DNA from: Zootoca vivipara
Taxonomy: Eukaryota
Direction of reading: 5' to 3'
Assembly: GCF_963506605.1 (NCBI RefSeq)
Contig: NC_083278.1
Location: 56,420,001 to 56,484,000, forward strand
Length of the DNA: 64,000 nt
In this document: one piece after another, positions 13,540 to 27,559 of the stretch
Layout of the letters: each line of letters starts with the position of its first letter
Numbering within the stretch: position 1 is the first letter of the stretch
Translations under genes and position numbers: made by a program
The notes under the pieces: generated by a model
What the model saw: the letters and a program-made list of their open reading frames with translations, nothing else
Databases searched by the model: none
Told to the model about the DNA's origin: nothing

Positions 13540-13740
13540 CAGAGCTTTCCAAACTGTGTGTTGCAACACGTTAGTGTGTCGGCTGCAGTGTGTTGGTGTG
13601 TCATGCTCCCCACTCTTCTCCTGGGACTAGAAAGCGGTTAGTTTAACCTCTGGTTTGCTGGTAAAATTGAATTACTGTGTCATGAAACGATGCATGTCTA
13701 AAAATATGTGTCGCCAACATGAAATGTTCGGAAAGCTCTG
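13540..13740. mobile_element. hAT MITE
   Basis: TIR cagagctttcc / ggaaagctctg. TSD ccatagtt / ccacactt (6/8). Confidence 0.8.
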
Positions 13741-14900
13741 CCACACTTCATGCCTCGGCAACGTCCACATAGCTGACAGGAAGAACTGTGGCACCAGCAG
13801 GTTGTGTGTGTTGTATATAGCTATCTTCTCACTCTGGGACAAGTGGAACAAGTCCCCTACTTTAGGCTGTGTGCCTCAGCCACCCCTATCAGGTAAACAA
13901 TAAGTCACCATCTTGTCAACAGTTCCTTGCTGTTGTACACACTGCATATTTCTTAACGTTTAAAATTATTCAGAGAGAATTTCATCACACCCACTCAACA
14001 TTATATAGCTAGGTTGAAACTGAAAATCTGAAAACAGTACCCAAGCATTCACTCAGAAACAAGTTGTAATAATGATGCTCCACAGCTTGACAGCCATGGA
14101 AGACACCCTACAGGCAGGAACACAACCAGTGTCTCATCAACATCTCACCATGGCCTCAACCTCAACCCCAGAAGGCTGACCTGTAAAATACAATGGTTGA
14201 TGGGTCCCCAAAGCCACTGAGAGATCAAGGAGACCTAACAGAGTCACCCACCCATATCTCCAAGAGCTCCTTTCTCAGCTCTGGCAGGGAGGTTGTTGCA
14301 TGGTGGGGTGGGTGGGACTTCAACAGGATCTCAATGACCCAACACTATGTGCAGATCCTTAACCCAAGCTTCCTGGTGAAAGATGAAATGGTGGAACCAG
14401 CAGAGGTTCTGTCAGTGTCTTGGTTCATTCACCAAAGGGGAGATCTCTGATAGGCCCTGGCCTGCTGTTCTCACCACAGAAGAGAAGTAGGCTAAACAGC
14501 CCCTTTGCCAATTCCACATGCACAGGTGGAAGAAGTGATGGTGCCAATTAAGAGGAAAGATTTTGGAATCCAGATGTGCTAGGTCAAACAGGAAGCTTCT
14601 ATGAGCCAGGCTCACCCTTGTGGAGGCTCCCTGCCCAGTTCAGAACCCTGGAAGACCATACAGGAGGCCTGCATGGTACAGGAAGTACTTAAGTACAGGA
14701 AACTCCACACTTCAAATCTTTGCCTTCCAAATGATGGAAGGTATGGGAACAGGGACAGCAGAGCTAGCATGCTCATCCCCTCTGCCTCTTGCATGTTAAA
14801 TCAACACAGAAGTAGAATGTCTGCTCCTTCTATCCTCTTCATTGTCCTCTTCATATTTATGAGAGAATGGTGTTCATCAGTGCAAAATAGTTGTTCAGTA

Positions 14901-15263
14901 AAAGGTAAAGGACCCCTGACAGTTAAGTCCAGTCGTGAATTACTCTGGGATTGCAGTGCTCATCTCACTTTATTGGCTGAGGGAGCAGACGTTTGTCCGC
15001 AGTTTTTCTGGGTCATGTGGCCAGCATGACTAAGCCACTTCTGGAACAGAACACCAAAAACAGAGCAGCGCATGGAAACGCCGTTTACCTTCCTGCCAGA
15101 GTGGTACCTATTTATCTACTTGCACTTTGACGTGCTTTCAAACAGCAGGAGCTGTGACCGAGCAATGGGAGCTCACCCCATCGTGGCGATTCGAACCGCC
15201 GCTGACCTTCCGATTGGCAAGCCCTAGGCTCAGTGGTTTAGACCACAGCGCCACCTGTGTCCC
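14901..15263 (-). mobile_element. Sauria SINE, full length
   Basis: Same diagnostic motifs. TSD agttgttcagta on both sides. Confidence 0.9.
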
Positions 15264-17750
15264 TAAGTTGTTCAGTAGAAATCAATAAATACCAACATGG
15301 ATGGAACATGGAACAGAAGGCGGAAATGATGGTGAATCACACGGGTAAACACACAGAGGCTGTAATCTGTGCTCTCTGCCCCCATGGTAAACCTAGTATT
15401 ACCATGAGACTGGCTTCTCTAGGTTGCCAAAGTAGTTGTGGAAGGGGTGCAACAAAGGTCCCAAGGTGTTGCTGGAAGCTCCAGGTGGCAGTCCGCTTGT
15501 CCATGCAATTACAGCCACCACACGGGACATTTTTTTTGACTGTGTTGCAACCAATATCCTGTGTTGTCAACAATAACTTGTCGCCACCTTAATTTTATAG
15601 CACCATTGTATTATCAGTGTATATATCTCCACTTTTTTTGCTGGAAAAAAAAGATGGGTATACCCTCTAGTTATAGGCATCCACTTCTCGTTTTGAGATA
15701 TGAACATGGTCATTTGCTTCCTGCGTCAATGGAATGATTTGCTTCCTGAGTCAACAAGAGATATGTTCTGGGCTTTTATTACCACAGTAGGGAAGGATTA
15801 TGTACCCAGAGCAGCTGTTGGGCAGCAACATGATCACTATGGATTGTTTGTAACTGCTTACTAAACAAAGATGCAGTAGCAGAGGCCACCCATCTTCTCT
15901 CTCTCACCCGCAAGTTTCTAGGGATAATTATGCTTTTAGAAGAGTGTAAAAAGTAGAATACAAGTGCATAAAACAGTTGGATCATGTGTGCTTGAAATTT
16001 GTTCTGATCTGATCTGATCAACTACATTTTTTAAAAAGAACTTCAATAATGTGTGTGAGAGACAGGCAGACAGAGGCTACACAGTTAAATTCCCCATATT
16101 AAAAAGTTACAATTTCTGGCCATGTTCCTGACCGTACATAAATCTGTTCGTTGGAAATAAGCATTCTCCCAACATCTCAACAACTATAAATCTGGCTGAT
16201 GTGTTTAAAAGGATGTGTCACTTTATTAGTTAGATGCTTTGCTAATTTCTCCAAACTGCTCCAAAGACTTTACGCCATCAGCACCAGGCCTCTTCCATTT
16301 CCTCGAGCAATTTTGAGGAATGGAGTGAAGAAGCCATCAAAGCTTCTTCTGCATAAAACCAGATGCAAAAGAAAAACTCTGCACATCCTTGAGCACATTC
16401 CTCTCTTTTATTATAATTCACAGACTCTAAGCTTGGCAAACAAATCCCAATATTAAGCACCGACTGAAATCACACCCTAGCAAAGTTGCCCTAAATTTGG
16501 AGATGTTTTGCTCTGGACACCTCACACTTACAAGAAACTTAACTTTATCCACCCAGCCCAGAAGGTTGTATTTGGGAAACTGCCTCTCCTGGGCTGGGAA
16601 ACGCTTCAGAGGTCATTCCAGCTGGAAGCTCAGCTGCAAACTTTCCCGCTGTCTTGCTGGTTCCAAAGTTGCTGCTGGGAGTTCTCTCCACACTGACCGC
16701 TTCCTGAGCTTCTTCGATCTGCGAGTTCTCGCTCAAAGCAGCAGCGCACCGAGAGGGGGAGCAAAGGAAAGAGAAACGAGCGAAGTCCCGTTAGGAACTG
16801 CTACAGATTTATTATTTTTAGGGTGTGGGGGAGAGCAGACAGCAGAGTCTTGTGTCAAGTTAAAGTCGGCTGCAGCTTCATCATGGCATAAGCTTTGTGG
16901 ACCATCATCAGATCAGTTTCACGAAGTGGTACCCACCCACTCCCTCCCAAGTTGGCAGTAATACTGTACGGTAAATTGTGGGAGGTATGGTAGTAAGTTG
17001 CGAACTTCGAGGGCAATGCAAAGAGGGGCGTCTCTCCCCACCCCAAAAGCACATCATGTCGAAACCTCTCCAAGTTCTCCAGGCACAGTTTCTGCTACGG
17101 TTTCCTTCCTACGCCTACCGCCAAGAGTAGTTGGCCGATGATCCGCGCAATTTGAAAAGGCAAAAAGAAATCCCATTTCCTTCCTGACCCCTTTCAGCTG
17201 CGATTCCCAGTCACGTGAATGCCCCCGTGTTATCGCCCCCTCTCCCAATCATAAACACAGGATCTTGGATTATATAATTAGGATGGAAATTAAGAGTTCC
17301 TACTGGCGTTCGTTTATTATCGCTCGCCCCGAGGCTCTCACCATCGCCACGCAAATGATCGCGGCATCAAAGCGGGTCTTCCCACCACTCCGCCCTTCTA
17401 GGCACGCTTGGGAGCGGGCGGGCGAGAAGTCTGCGCCTCCCTGCGGGTGTTGCTGGGACTCCACCTCCCATGGGATGATGGAAGTTGGAGTCCCAGCAAC
17501 AGCTGAAGGGCCGCAGCGATAGATCGCAGAGCCAACAAGCAGCTGCCCCGGATTAATTCGCAGGAAGAGGTTCTTCCTTCCAAAAATCCCCGCTGAGCTT
17601 TCTTTGCGCGTCGCTACTAGTGGGGAAGACGCGCATGGATATTGGCAGCGCCCCACCGCGCGGCTGCCTGGGACAGAGAGCGGGATATAAATTTAAGAAA
17701 TAATTAGCACACGCACCCCATTGTGTCTGTGCGTCTGTGCGTCTGTGCGT

Positions 17751-18200
17751 NNNNNNNNNNNNNNNNNNNNNNNNNNNNNNNNNNNNNNNNNNNNNNNNNN
17801 NNNNNNNNNNNNNNNNNNNNNNNNNNNNNNNNNNNNNNNNNNNNNNNNNNNNNNNNNNNNNNNNNNNNNNNNNNNNNNNNNNNNNNNNNNNNNNNNNNNN
17901 NNNNNNNNNNNNNNNNNNNNNNNNNNNNNNNNNNNNNNNNNNNNNNNNNNNNNNNNNNNNNNNNNNNNNNNNNNNNNNNNNNNNNNNNNNNNNNNNNNNN
18001 NNNNNNNNNNNNNNNNNNNNNNNNNNNNNNNNNNNNNNNNNNNNNNNNNNNNNNNNNNNNNNNNNNNNNNNNNNNNNNNNNNNNNNNNNNNNNNNNNNNN
18101 NNNNNNNNNNNNNNNNNNNNNNNNNNNNNNNNNNNNNNNNNNNNNNNNNNNNNNNNNNNNNNNNNNNNNNNNNNNNNNNNNNNNNNNNNNNNNNNNNNNN
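17751..18200. other. Assembly gap (450 N) preceded by a (GTGCGTCT)n repeat
   Basis: Run of N. Confidence 1.
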
Positions 18201-18699
18201 NACCAAATATAGAGGCTGGTTGAAGTGGGCACGCTTCTCCTTTCAGCCCCAAGCGTGGGACCTGGTGGAATTGAAAGGCGCAGCGGGAGACGTTTCACGC
18301 TTTTCTTCAGCGTCACCCCTGAAAGCAAGGCGCCGATGGTTTGTGCCCTCGGCGACTCGCCTTACGACTCCAGCTCGGGAGAGTTCATATCTAGGGAGGA
18401 GGGGTGTGTGTGAACAGGGAACCAGATCACGCGACCTCTTGAATCAACGAAGAGCTGAAAACTTTTCGAGCTTGCCTGTCTCCTCCTCTCTTCACTGAGA
18501 GACACGCCTCCCATTGGCCGCCGCCGAGGAGGGGCCCTCTGTCCCCGCCCCCCCCGAAGAGAAACTCCCACCAAGGGCACCTCTGCTTTTCCCACGGATG
18601 AGCCGGGGGCTGCAACATCTGGCTGGCTGCACAGCGGTGGAGGTGAGAGGGAACGGCTAGCGCGAGCCCGCGCGCCACGGCGGGACTTTGGCTGGAGCC

Positions 18700-18976
18700 C
18701 GAAATAAATGCCCCCCTACGCTGCCCACACCCCCTCCACGGCCCCTTCTGCGCGGTTTCTGCCCCCGCCTCCCACACCCGCGCCCCCTTCATGGCTTTGT
18801 CTGCCTGAGCCCCGGTGAGGAGGAGGAGGAGGCGCGCGGGGAGCATGGAGAGGCGCGCTCGGGGTCTGGCTCGCGCGGAGCCTCCCCTGGTGTGAAGGCA
18901 CCCGAGAGACGGAGGACCCCGCCGGGAAGAGCACGGCAGCCGCCGGACCCTCGGAGACCCCGCGCACTTGCTGCAG
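18700..18976 (+). other. TMEM200A: Candidate non-coding first exon of TMEM200A (start approximate; donor CAG|GTAATT at 18976/18977)
   Basis: Strong donor at the 3' side of the CpG island. The coding exon has an acceptor and needs an upstream exon. Confidence 0.55.
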
Positions 18977-20815
18977 GTAATTCGCGGCAGCGGCGGAGGG
19001 GGAGGGACCTGAAACCCTTTCGGCGTATTTCTTTCCTTAAAGGAGATGCACGACCGTCTTCGTAGGAGGGCGAAGGGGATTCGCAGCGATCCTTAGGATT
19101 CCCAGTTGACGGAAGGAGCAACTCTTTGTTCTTCGTGTTGTTCCTCGCCCGACTCCCATATGTATATTTTAACATGCACGTGTCGGGGCTGGGGGGGGGG
19201 GGGTCTATTGCAATAGATTTCAATTGGATAGGGGGCAGAGTGATAAAACGGGGGAGGCAGCATTCCCTAAAATGGGGCACCCTTGCCCAAAAAATACGGC
19301 CACGGCACGTTGAGTCTCCCCGCTGCTCTGTGCAGCTGCTACACCCTCTTTTGTTTGGCTCTGAAATTCTTTAGCAACAATTCCTTACCAGCTTCAAGGC
19401 GCAAGAAATGGACGGGGAAAACGCTGGCATTCGTCCAAGGGTAGTTTCTTGTCTATTTTAAAAGGAACTTGACATTTTATATTTAAATTTTTTTGCTGGT
19501 TTACACACACAACACAGAATCACACTTGCTTTGCCGAATATTTGCAGGGATGAGAGAGACAGATGGAAACTATCCAGGGGAGTGTACTTTCCCCATGACA
19601 GAAATGAGAAAAAACACATGCCGTTCTTCCCTTAAATCAGGTTAGGGTTTCAGCCTGGATTGTTAATTGACCAGACAGATGGTTGTAAGAAGCGTGTCAT
19701 GCTCAGATGACCTGTTAATGAAGAATTTAAATAGCCCATGTTTAAAATTAACAAGGTCTTAGTCACTTTACATAGAATTCAGACCATCTGCTCCTTTACA
19801 GCAGTACATAAAAAGTGCAGAAATTTTCCTAGTTTAAAATTTTCAAGGATGGAAGAACTGTTAGTTTGTGTCCATTTAAACTGCAGTAGATAATCTACAC
19901 TTGAAAAGTGGGAAAAGCTCAGGCAACAAATTCTGGCTAAATTGAAGTTCTCAGAAGTTGCGCATGAGAGGGTTGTGCATTTGGTATATATTCTTCAATG
20001 GACCTTTTTCTGTAGTATCAGCTTTCCTTTCAACTCCCACTACCAAATATAGCATTCAATAAATGTGCTTTAATCATATAAGTTGCAAACCGGCACACAG
20101 TGTGTCTGCTTCAAGCTCATTGATGTCACAGTTAATTGGCTGCAGGTGGTGTTCAGGACTGCAACCAGGTATTTAGATATGGAATTATCCTGCTCAGTAA
20201 AACTACATTTCAAAAGAAATTCCATATTTTGGGACTTGGTTCTGTAACTTGGTGTTGTCTGATATCATACAAGTACAGCACACTCTGAACTTCTATTTGC
20301 GTATAATGGACCACATGAGAGAAACATTTCTGCCTTTTGAGTTTTGAAAAGGGTCTACTAAGAAGAAGCTATATTCTTATTAGATTGAAGTATGAATAGT
20401 TGAATGATTTGGCAATAGTGCTTCATCTTGTTTATAAATGGGAACATTTTAGTGTCTACATCATGTTGCCAGTAACATTTCTTTTCTAGCAAAATACTTG
20501 TTAGAGTATAATTAAGAGGCAATTTGAGTAATTTAGTGCATGGATAACAATTAGTCTTTTGTCCTGAGCAGAAAGCAGTGCTCATGCAGAGAAACGCTCA
20601 AGTGCAGATATATAGCAATTTGGAGAAAAAAATCATATGTAATTTGTATTGTGTTGGCATAGGAACATATTTTACTTGTTGCTCTTTTGTTGACATCAGT
20701 GTGATTCAGATGGAAGTGCACTGCAAGGAGAGCAAAAAAACAAAACCGACCTGAAGTCACTGTCCATGTTCACCCTTCACAATAAATAGAGGTGCTGGCT
20801 TACCATGGTTTATTG

Positions 20816-21267
20816 CATGGGTCAGCAAACTTTTTCTGCAGGGGGCCGGTCCACTGTCCCTCAGACCTTGTGGGGGGCCGGACTATGTTTTTTTGGGGGG
20901 GAATCCCCCCAACACTCCCCTCCCTTCTCCACAGCACCAGATGAGCCCTGGTGGCTGCTTACCTGTGACTTGCGAGTGGCAGGCGGTGGCGGTGGCGGAG
21001 GGACGATGAGCAGCGCAAAAGGGCTGGCTCCGGAGAGGGGCTGTTTAAAATGGCACTCAGCCAACAGTGGCTCAACGAAGCCCAGCCACCTTATTCCTCT
21101 AGGCAGGGCGGGGAGAAGCCAGGAGGAGGGAGGGAGGAGGCGCCGCCGCAGTGTGTGTGGGGAATGGCAATCAGAATCCCCATGGCGATTCCTGGACCAT
21201 CCACGGGCCGGATCCAGAAGGCAATTGGATCAGATCTGGCCCCCGGGCCTTAGTTTGCCAGCCCATG
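20816..21267 (+). mobile_element. Non-autonomous hAT-Charlie (OposCharlie1-like ends) with foreign GC-rich interior
   Basis: TIRs catgggtcagcaaact / agtttgccagcccatg. Perfect TSD gtttattg. Ends shared with 26692-26931. Confidence 0.88.
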
Positions 21268-24200
21268 GTTTATTGGGTATGTGCAGCCTGATGGTGCAGA
21301 CTGCCCAATCGCTTCCGCCTCTCCCTGGGATCAGTGAGAGAAACAAATTAAACTTGACATCCAAACCCTGGTTCCTGTTTTGTTTCCCCCTAACAAGCCA
21401 GGATCACTAGCCAGCCTTAAAATGTGGTTTGTAGTTGGCTTACAAAAAGTGGGTTGTTAGGGAGCAGCAAACCAAGATACCTAATTGCTGTTGCTTGGTT
21501 TGTTTCTTCCCACTTGTGCCAGGAAAGAAGTGAAGCAGGGGCCATCAGGTAGTCTGCATCAGTATTCACAACAGACCATGGCAAGCCAGCAAGCCTGGCA
21601 TATGGTGACATGCAAATGTGGCCACTCCTTCCTTCCACATGTGTAAAGTTGGGGTCAAATTAAGACTCTGCCTGTCCCCGTATGCAGATCTTGGACTTAT
21701 TGAGTGGCCCTGAAATGAGCATGCATCTTCAGGTCTTGAGGGAACATGAATATGCATAATGCTTCACACAAATAAAGCTTTTCATACCAGCAGTTCTTCT
21801 GTGAGGCTCTTCTCTTTCATATACACCAGAGATGGGAAGCCTTCAGATGCTGTTGGACTCCAGATCCTGTCAGCCCAGCTAATGGTCAGAGATGGTGGGA
21901 AGGCCACAGTTTCACCATCTCTGATGTACACACTGACACCTTCCTCCTCAATACTTGCACGCTTCCTCACACACTGCTGCTTAAATGCACTTTACCTTTG
22001 CCTCTTCTCTCTTTCTCTCTTATCCAAGCTTTCCTCATCGCTGCTAATGGAGAAGAGAGATCTGAAAGAAAGCCTTCATCAAGGACATACAAGGCTTCAC
22101 AAATGTTTTCAGATGTTGCAAATGTAAATCTGTGTTGGAAAAACCTTGCACCCTGTATTGTGTGAATAGGGTCTCATACTGGGATGCATGACAATACATT
22201 CAGAAGATTCTTGATTTGTGTGCATTAAAGGGGGGAAAGTGTGCCATTAATGAATAAACTTGGGGGGTGGGGCAGGATGGAGATTGGATTCCATGTCAGG
22301 GAAACATAGGAAGGAAGATTCCTTATACTGAATCATACCACTGATTAATCTAGCTTAGTGTTGCCTGCGCTGGCTGCCAGGAGGTCTAGGATTTCAGGCA
22401 CAAGTCTCTTGCATTTCCACCTGCAGTTGCTGGGAACTGAACATGGAAAACTTCTCTTTGCAGAACATACATTCTACCAGCTAGCTATGCTCCTCATGAT
22501 GACAGTGTGGGAAGCAGTGACTGGTTTTTCCTAGTGGCTGAAAAATATGCCTAATTTGGCGGTGGCGCCTCATTCTACTTACTTACCAAATATTATTAGC
22601 ACAGACATACACAAGCCTGGTGCAGGAACCTTTGTTGTAATAACCTGAAAAGTCTGGCTGCATTCAGGTAGCAACCTCCTTACAGCACTGATTATGACTG
22701 CATTCACACGGCCCTTTGTCTTGTTTTTCTGACATTTCCCTAACTGTTAATTTCTGCATTATATTTGAGCCTTCACATGACATAAAAGCGACTATAGGAG
22801 ATTATAGTGCAAGCTATTTCCATGTTACTTGCTTCTAGAAAAAAAACTACCTCCAAATAACACAGAAATGAGCACTAAACTTGTGCTATATACCACTACA
22901 TTTGTGGACGTGGCCTTTATATAATGCAGAAATGGTTGGGGAAATGTTGGGAAACTGGAATAAACTGCCTTGTGAATGCTGCCCATGTGATTTAGTGAAT
23001 GGCACCCTATTTGGGTGGAAAAATTCAGGGAACTGATAAGGACATCCTTTGTTTAGACCAGTTGGAATAAACTGGCCTCCAGGTGTTGGACTGCATCTCC
23101 CATCATGATCCTTTGAAGGAAGGGTGAATCTAGCACTCAGATAAAGATGTTTTGACTAAGTTTATAGAACTAATATTAAGTGGGCATTCCTCTGATGTTG
23201 GCACCATTGTCATGGTTTGTAGCATTGGCACAACATTATGGTTTATAATGTGTCTTTGGTGACAATGTGTCTTTGGATGTCCTTCATTCTTAATGCAAGA
23301 GAGAAAATCATATAATCCAGATGTGATGATGCCATCAGTTGTGGAAGAGTCATTAACCACCCTTCACTATGTGCATGAACTTGAAACATACATTAGATGT
23401 ATGCAAAGATGTATGCAAAGGAATAGGGCAGGTGAAACATTAACAGCGCTCTTTAATTATGCTCTGTTTTATAACAGAATTAATTTAGCAAAGATAACAT
23501 TACATGATAAGCAGTGTGATAATTTTTCAATATGGTCCAGAACCTTCCCAATTAAAGTCTGTGGCGTCTTTAAAGAAATTAATTAAAAATGATATGAGTA
23601 GGAAAATAGCAACCACCCCATAGATAAATTAAAACTGGCATAAATTGATGAATTTGTAGAGGGGACTGCTGACCCTTGCTGCTTGGTGAAGAATCTCAAT
23701 GTAAAAGAGTTGTACTTGAATATATTCAATTTAAAGCCACTGTCTTGGCTGATGACAGTGGGGTTGAATGTGAGATGAAACCCTTTGTACAGTGGCATGG
23801 AATTAATTTCTCACTGTTACCAATGCCAAACGTATGTGTCACTGGACCCCATCACAAGCAGCAGCCCTTTCCTAGCATTCATACAGGCACTAAACCCCTT
23901 CGTTGTTAGCATAATCTGTACTTACCAACTTTTTTACTGGCTGTGCTCCTGTGTCTTTGTCAACTTGTTGACCGGCGAAAATGAAAAGCTAAGCCTGTTT
24001 CATTTATGCTTGTCAAATGGCTACAAAGCAGGTTAAGCAGAAAAGGTAGCAATTCTACTCTTAATTTATGTCCTTGAGAATATCAGGTTGGTTGGATGGC
24101 TATGCAAAAATATGTGTTTTGTGGCATTAACTCCAATCCTAAGCATTTATATGATAGGACAAGAAATCTAGGAGCAAGTCAATACAAATAATTTGAACAG

Positions 24201-25354
24201 GGATTAAGGGTGGCACATTTGATGTTGCCAGGCCCAGCCCTATCATTAGGCAGATTGAGTGGGCACCTTAAATGGCAGGTGAGTGCAGAGCGGCAATGAG
24301 CAGGTGGAAAACAGAGTTGTATGTCTACACTTCCTAAAATAGCCTGCTGTTTCAGGTGTTGTAGATGATGCTGTCCTGCTACCTGTACATAGAATAATAA
24401 AATCATAGAATTGTAGCATTGGAAGGGACCCCAAGGGACATCTAGTCCAACCTCCTGCAATGCATTGAAGTAAGAATCAACAGTCAGTCCGGTTGACTTC
24501 TGTACATGGAAAGGGTGGATTTTGTCCTTTGGCTCAGACAGCAAAATATATTGGGTCAGCTCTGAATGTAGCTGCCACACAGCACCCACTTCCAGCCTGA
24601 TTCAAACCAATTATACCCATTTGTGTGTCCACATCAGTGTGGTTTTTGTAATTTAAATTGCTTCCTGTTGTAGCTGTCTCTACAAGGGCTGTCCTGTGTG
24701 TGTACTGATTTGCCAAAGATCAGATGATTTCTTTGTGCAGGATCTTCCAAGTGGGTTAAAGCAAATATTCATTATTTTCTCATTTACTGGCGTGCAGTCA
24801 TTTCATGTTGCAGCCTGCTTATGGTGATCTAAGCTAAAGAAGGATTTCCCTTTCTCTCTCACTCAGCACTTCACTTTATAAAAGCAGCAATTATTGGCAA
24901 CTACCGTATGTGAATGCATAGGGAGCGGTTGAACTTTTATTGTGTTTTATCCGATTGGAAAGAAATGTAGGAAGCGCACAGACCTTTATACATTTTGATG
25001 AGTAACAAGCTAAGGAATGGAGTTCATATTGGTTTTCTGCAGCCAGGGATCCTGCAAGGAAAGCACACTTACGGATTTCTTCAGAGAAGTAAATATTTCA
25101 GGCCCCAGAGCAAATGGTATAGCCAGAATGTTCCTTGGCCACATGATGAGCAACTGAAAAGCAATCTCAGCCACTCGCCCATAAGTGAAACAAAACTACA
25201 GTATAACACAGTATCCTTTTTCTTTCTCTTTTACCCTAACATCTCCTAAATCCTACACACTGATCTTCAGGGCTTCACTTATAAGAACTGTTCAAGATTT
25301 CAGTGAGACTCATGATTGTACAAAGGCTTTGGGAACTAGATGACTCATCCAGTA

Positions 25355-25574
25355 CAGTGGTACCTCAGTTTAAGGATGCAATTGGTTCCGGGGAGCCGTT
25401 CATTCCCCGAGCAGTACTTAAACGGAGCGCCTCTTCCGTGCATGCGCAAAACACCGATAGAGCGCTTCTGCGCATCCGCACACTGCAGAACCTGGAAGTA
25501 AACTCTTCTGGGTCCGCAGAGTACTCAAACCGAGAGTACTCAAACCGCAGCGGACGTAAACCGAGGCATGACTG
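25355..25574. mobile_element. Tc1/mariner (Tigger-like) MITE
   Basis: TA|cagtggtacctc...gaggcatgactg|TA. Confidence 0.85.
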
Positions 25575-26691
25575 TACACTCTAAATCAGTTATATTTTGT
25601 TGGTGGAGATTTAAAATGTGATCTCCCAGCTCTCAGTCAAGCTATCCTCAATACCTACCATGCTGGTCCTTGTATTAACACTGTCTGCCCCTATACTGTT
25701 TATTCAATTTCTATCGGAAGTAAAAACAACAACAAACATATGTATCTGTCAATCCCTGGATGCGGTCTGAGGGATCCTGGCTTTAGCTATGCAGGTTTCC
25801 ATTGCTACCACTTTCTTGGCCCTATTGCTATCTTGATGGCAGCGCATCAAGCTGACATGAGCAAGTTGTTGTTTATGAGACATCATCAAGACTGTTGCAT
25901 TCTTTCTCTGGACAGTTTGTACTATTCAGCTAATTGGTGCATGTTGTTGTCTGTAATGGGCTATATAGAGAGAGCATATTACAGTGCTGATGTATTCTGA
26001 ATTTAAATAAATCTTAAGCCCAATCTTTTAAGCCCAATGTGGGGCTGAAAATCCCAAGGGGTACTTTTAAGATTCATTCTGGGTTTAAAGCAGGGGTGTG
26101 AAATCTATAGCCCTTCAGATGCTGTTGGACTCCAGTTCCCAGCAGCCCCAGCAGGCAGTGTCAAGAGTCAGAAATTATGGAAGTTGTGCACCAATAACTT
26201 TCTTTTGGTGTCTGGTGAGGAGTAATGGTTAGCTTGGTGTATGGTGGTTCATAAAATAATTTACATTTGAACATTTGCCATCACAGAGTGCTCTTTTGCA
26301 GATTATTCAAACCCCACTGAATGTATAACCCTAGGAACTTCTCCAGACAATATCTATTATTTTAGGCAAGCTGCATTTTGTATATTATTGCATGCACACC
26401 AGTCTCAAAGTGGCAAGAGCCTCCAGGGATTCCAATGCTTACCCAGGTTCAGTTTCCTTGGAAAGAAGTTCACTGGAGACTTGTCATGTCTAGGATATAT
26501 GTTTTTATTCACACATCTAAACAACCTGAGCATTGGGTGCAAGGGCTCATAGCATTAACACTCCCAACACACCTTGTTTCCCCCATAGGTTTCCAGGATC
26601 CATAGCTTTGGATCCTGCACAGAACAAGACAAACCTCTGTCTTCAGCTTTCTGCCCAGACAAAAAACTCACCCCCAGACTAGCCCCTAGAC

Positions 26692-26931
26692 CAGGGGTCA
26701 GCAAACTTTTTCAGCAGGGGGCCGGTCCACTGTCCCTCAAACCTTGTGGGGGGGCGGACTATATTTTAGGGGGGAAATTGAACGAATTCCTATGCCCCAC
26801 AATTAACCCAGAGATGTATTTTAAATAAAAGGACACATTCTACTCACGCTGATTCCCGGACTGTCTGTGGGCCGGATTTGAAAGGCAATTGGGCCAGATC
26901 CGGCCCACGGGCCTTAGTTTACCTACCCATG
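26692..26931 (+). mobile_element. Non-autonomous hAT-Charlie (OposCharlie1-like)
   Basis: caggggtcagcaaact...agtttacctacccatg. TSD ccctagac / ccctagat. Confidence 0.88.
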
Positions 26932-26977
26932 CCCTAGATCTCCTGTCACACAGACAGCTGAGGTGGGAAGAGGCCCA

Positions 26978-27051
26978 TTCCTCCTCCTCCTCCTCCTCCT
27001 CCTCCTCCTCCTCCTCCTCCTCCTCCTCCTCCTCCTCCTCCTCCTCCTCCT
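26978..27051. repeat. (TCC)n microsatellite
   Basis: Direct reading. Confidence 0.98.
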
Positions 27052-27559
27052 CTAGAGAACCAACACTTACCTTAGTTGTCCTTATGGTAACATAGCCCAC
27101 TCTTGTGGGTTCTTAAATGATGAGGGTTCTTAAATGGCCATCAACTTGACAAAGAAACTGGTTTGAGCAGTTCAGCAGTTCCTTCTATTACCAGCCCCCT
27201 CCCCACGACCCCATAACAATGCATTGCAATATTTTGTGGTGGTGAAATGCAGAGTGGAGTGGGTAGATCATGTGCTTTACATTAGCTGGCATTGGGTTCA
27301 GTTGTTTCCCCCTCTTACGTAGCTGCAGAATAGGTGTTTGTCTATTCTACTTGCACAATTATTCTACTTATTCTCCAATACTAAGACAATGTGGAGGGTG
27401 TGTGCCTGTCATATCATAGAATCATATGCTTGTAGAGTTGGAAGGGGTCACAAGAGTCATCTAGTTGAACTCCTTACAACGCAGGGCTCTTTTGCTCAAT
27501 GTGGGGCTTGAGCCCACGACTCTGAGATTAAGAGGCCTGCGGAGACTCACGTCTGTGAC

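Larger units (their letters stand above)
17200..19330. promoter_or_regulatory. CpG island, probable TMEM200A promoter
   Basis: ~2 kb GC/CpG-rich stretch with no TIR or TSD, in otherwise CpG-depleted DNA. GC boxes and an ATTGG (CCAAT) at ~18513. It is the only such island upstream of the CDS. Confidence 0.75.

Noticed and set aside
17553-18498. Long ORFs of X residues
   Set aside because: Artefacts of the N gap.
26840-27100. Poly-Glu / poly-Ser ORFs
   Set aside because: Translation of the (TCC)n microsatellite.
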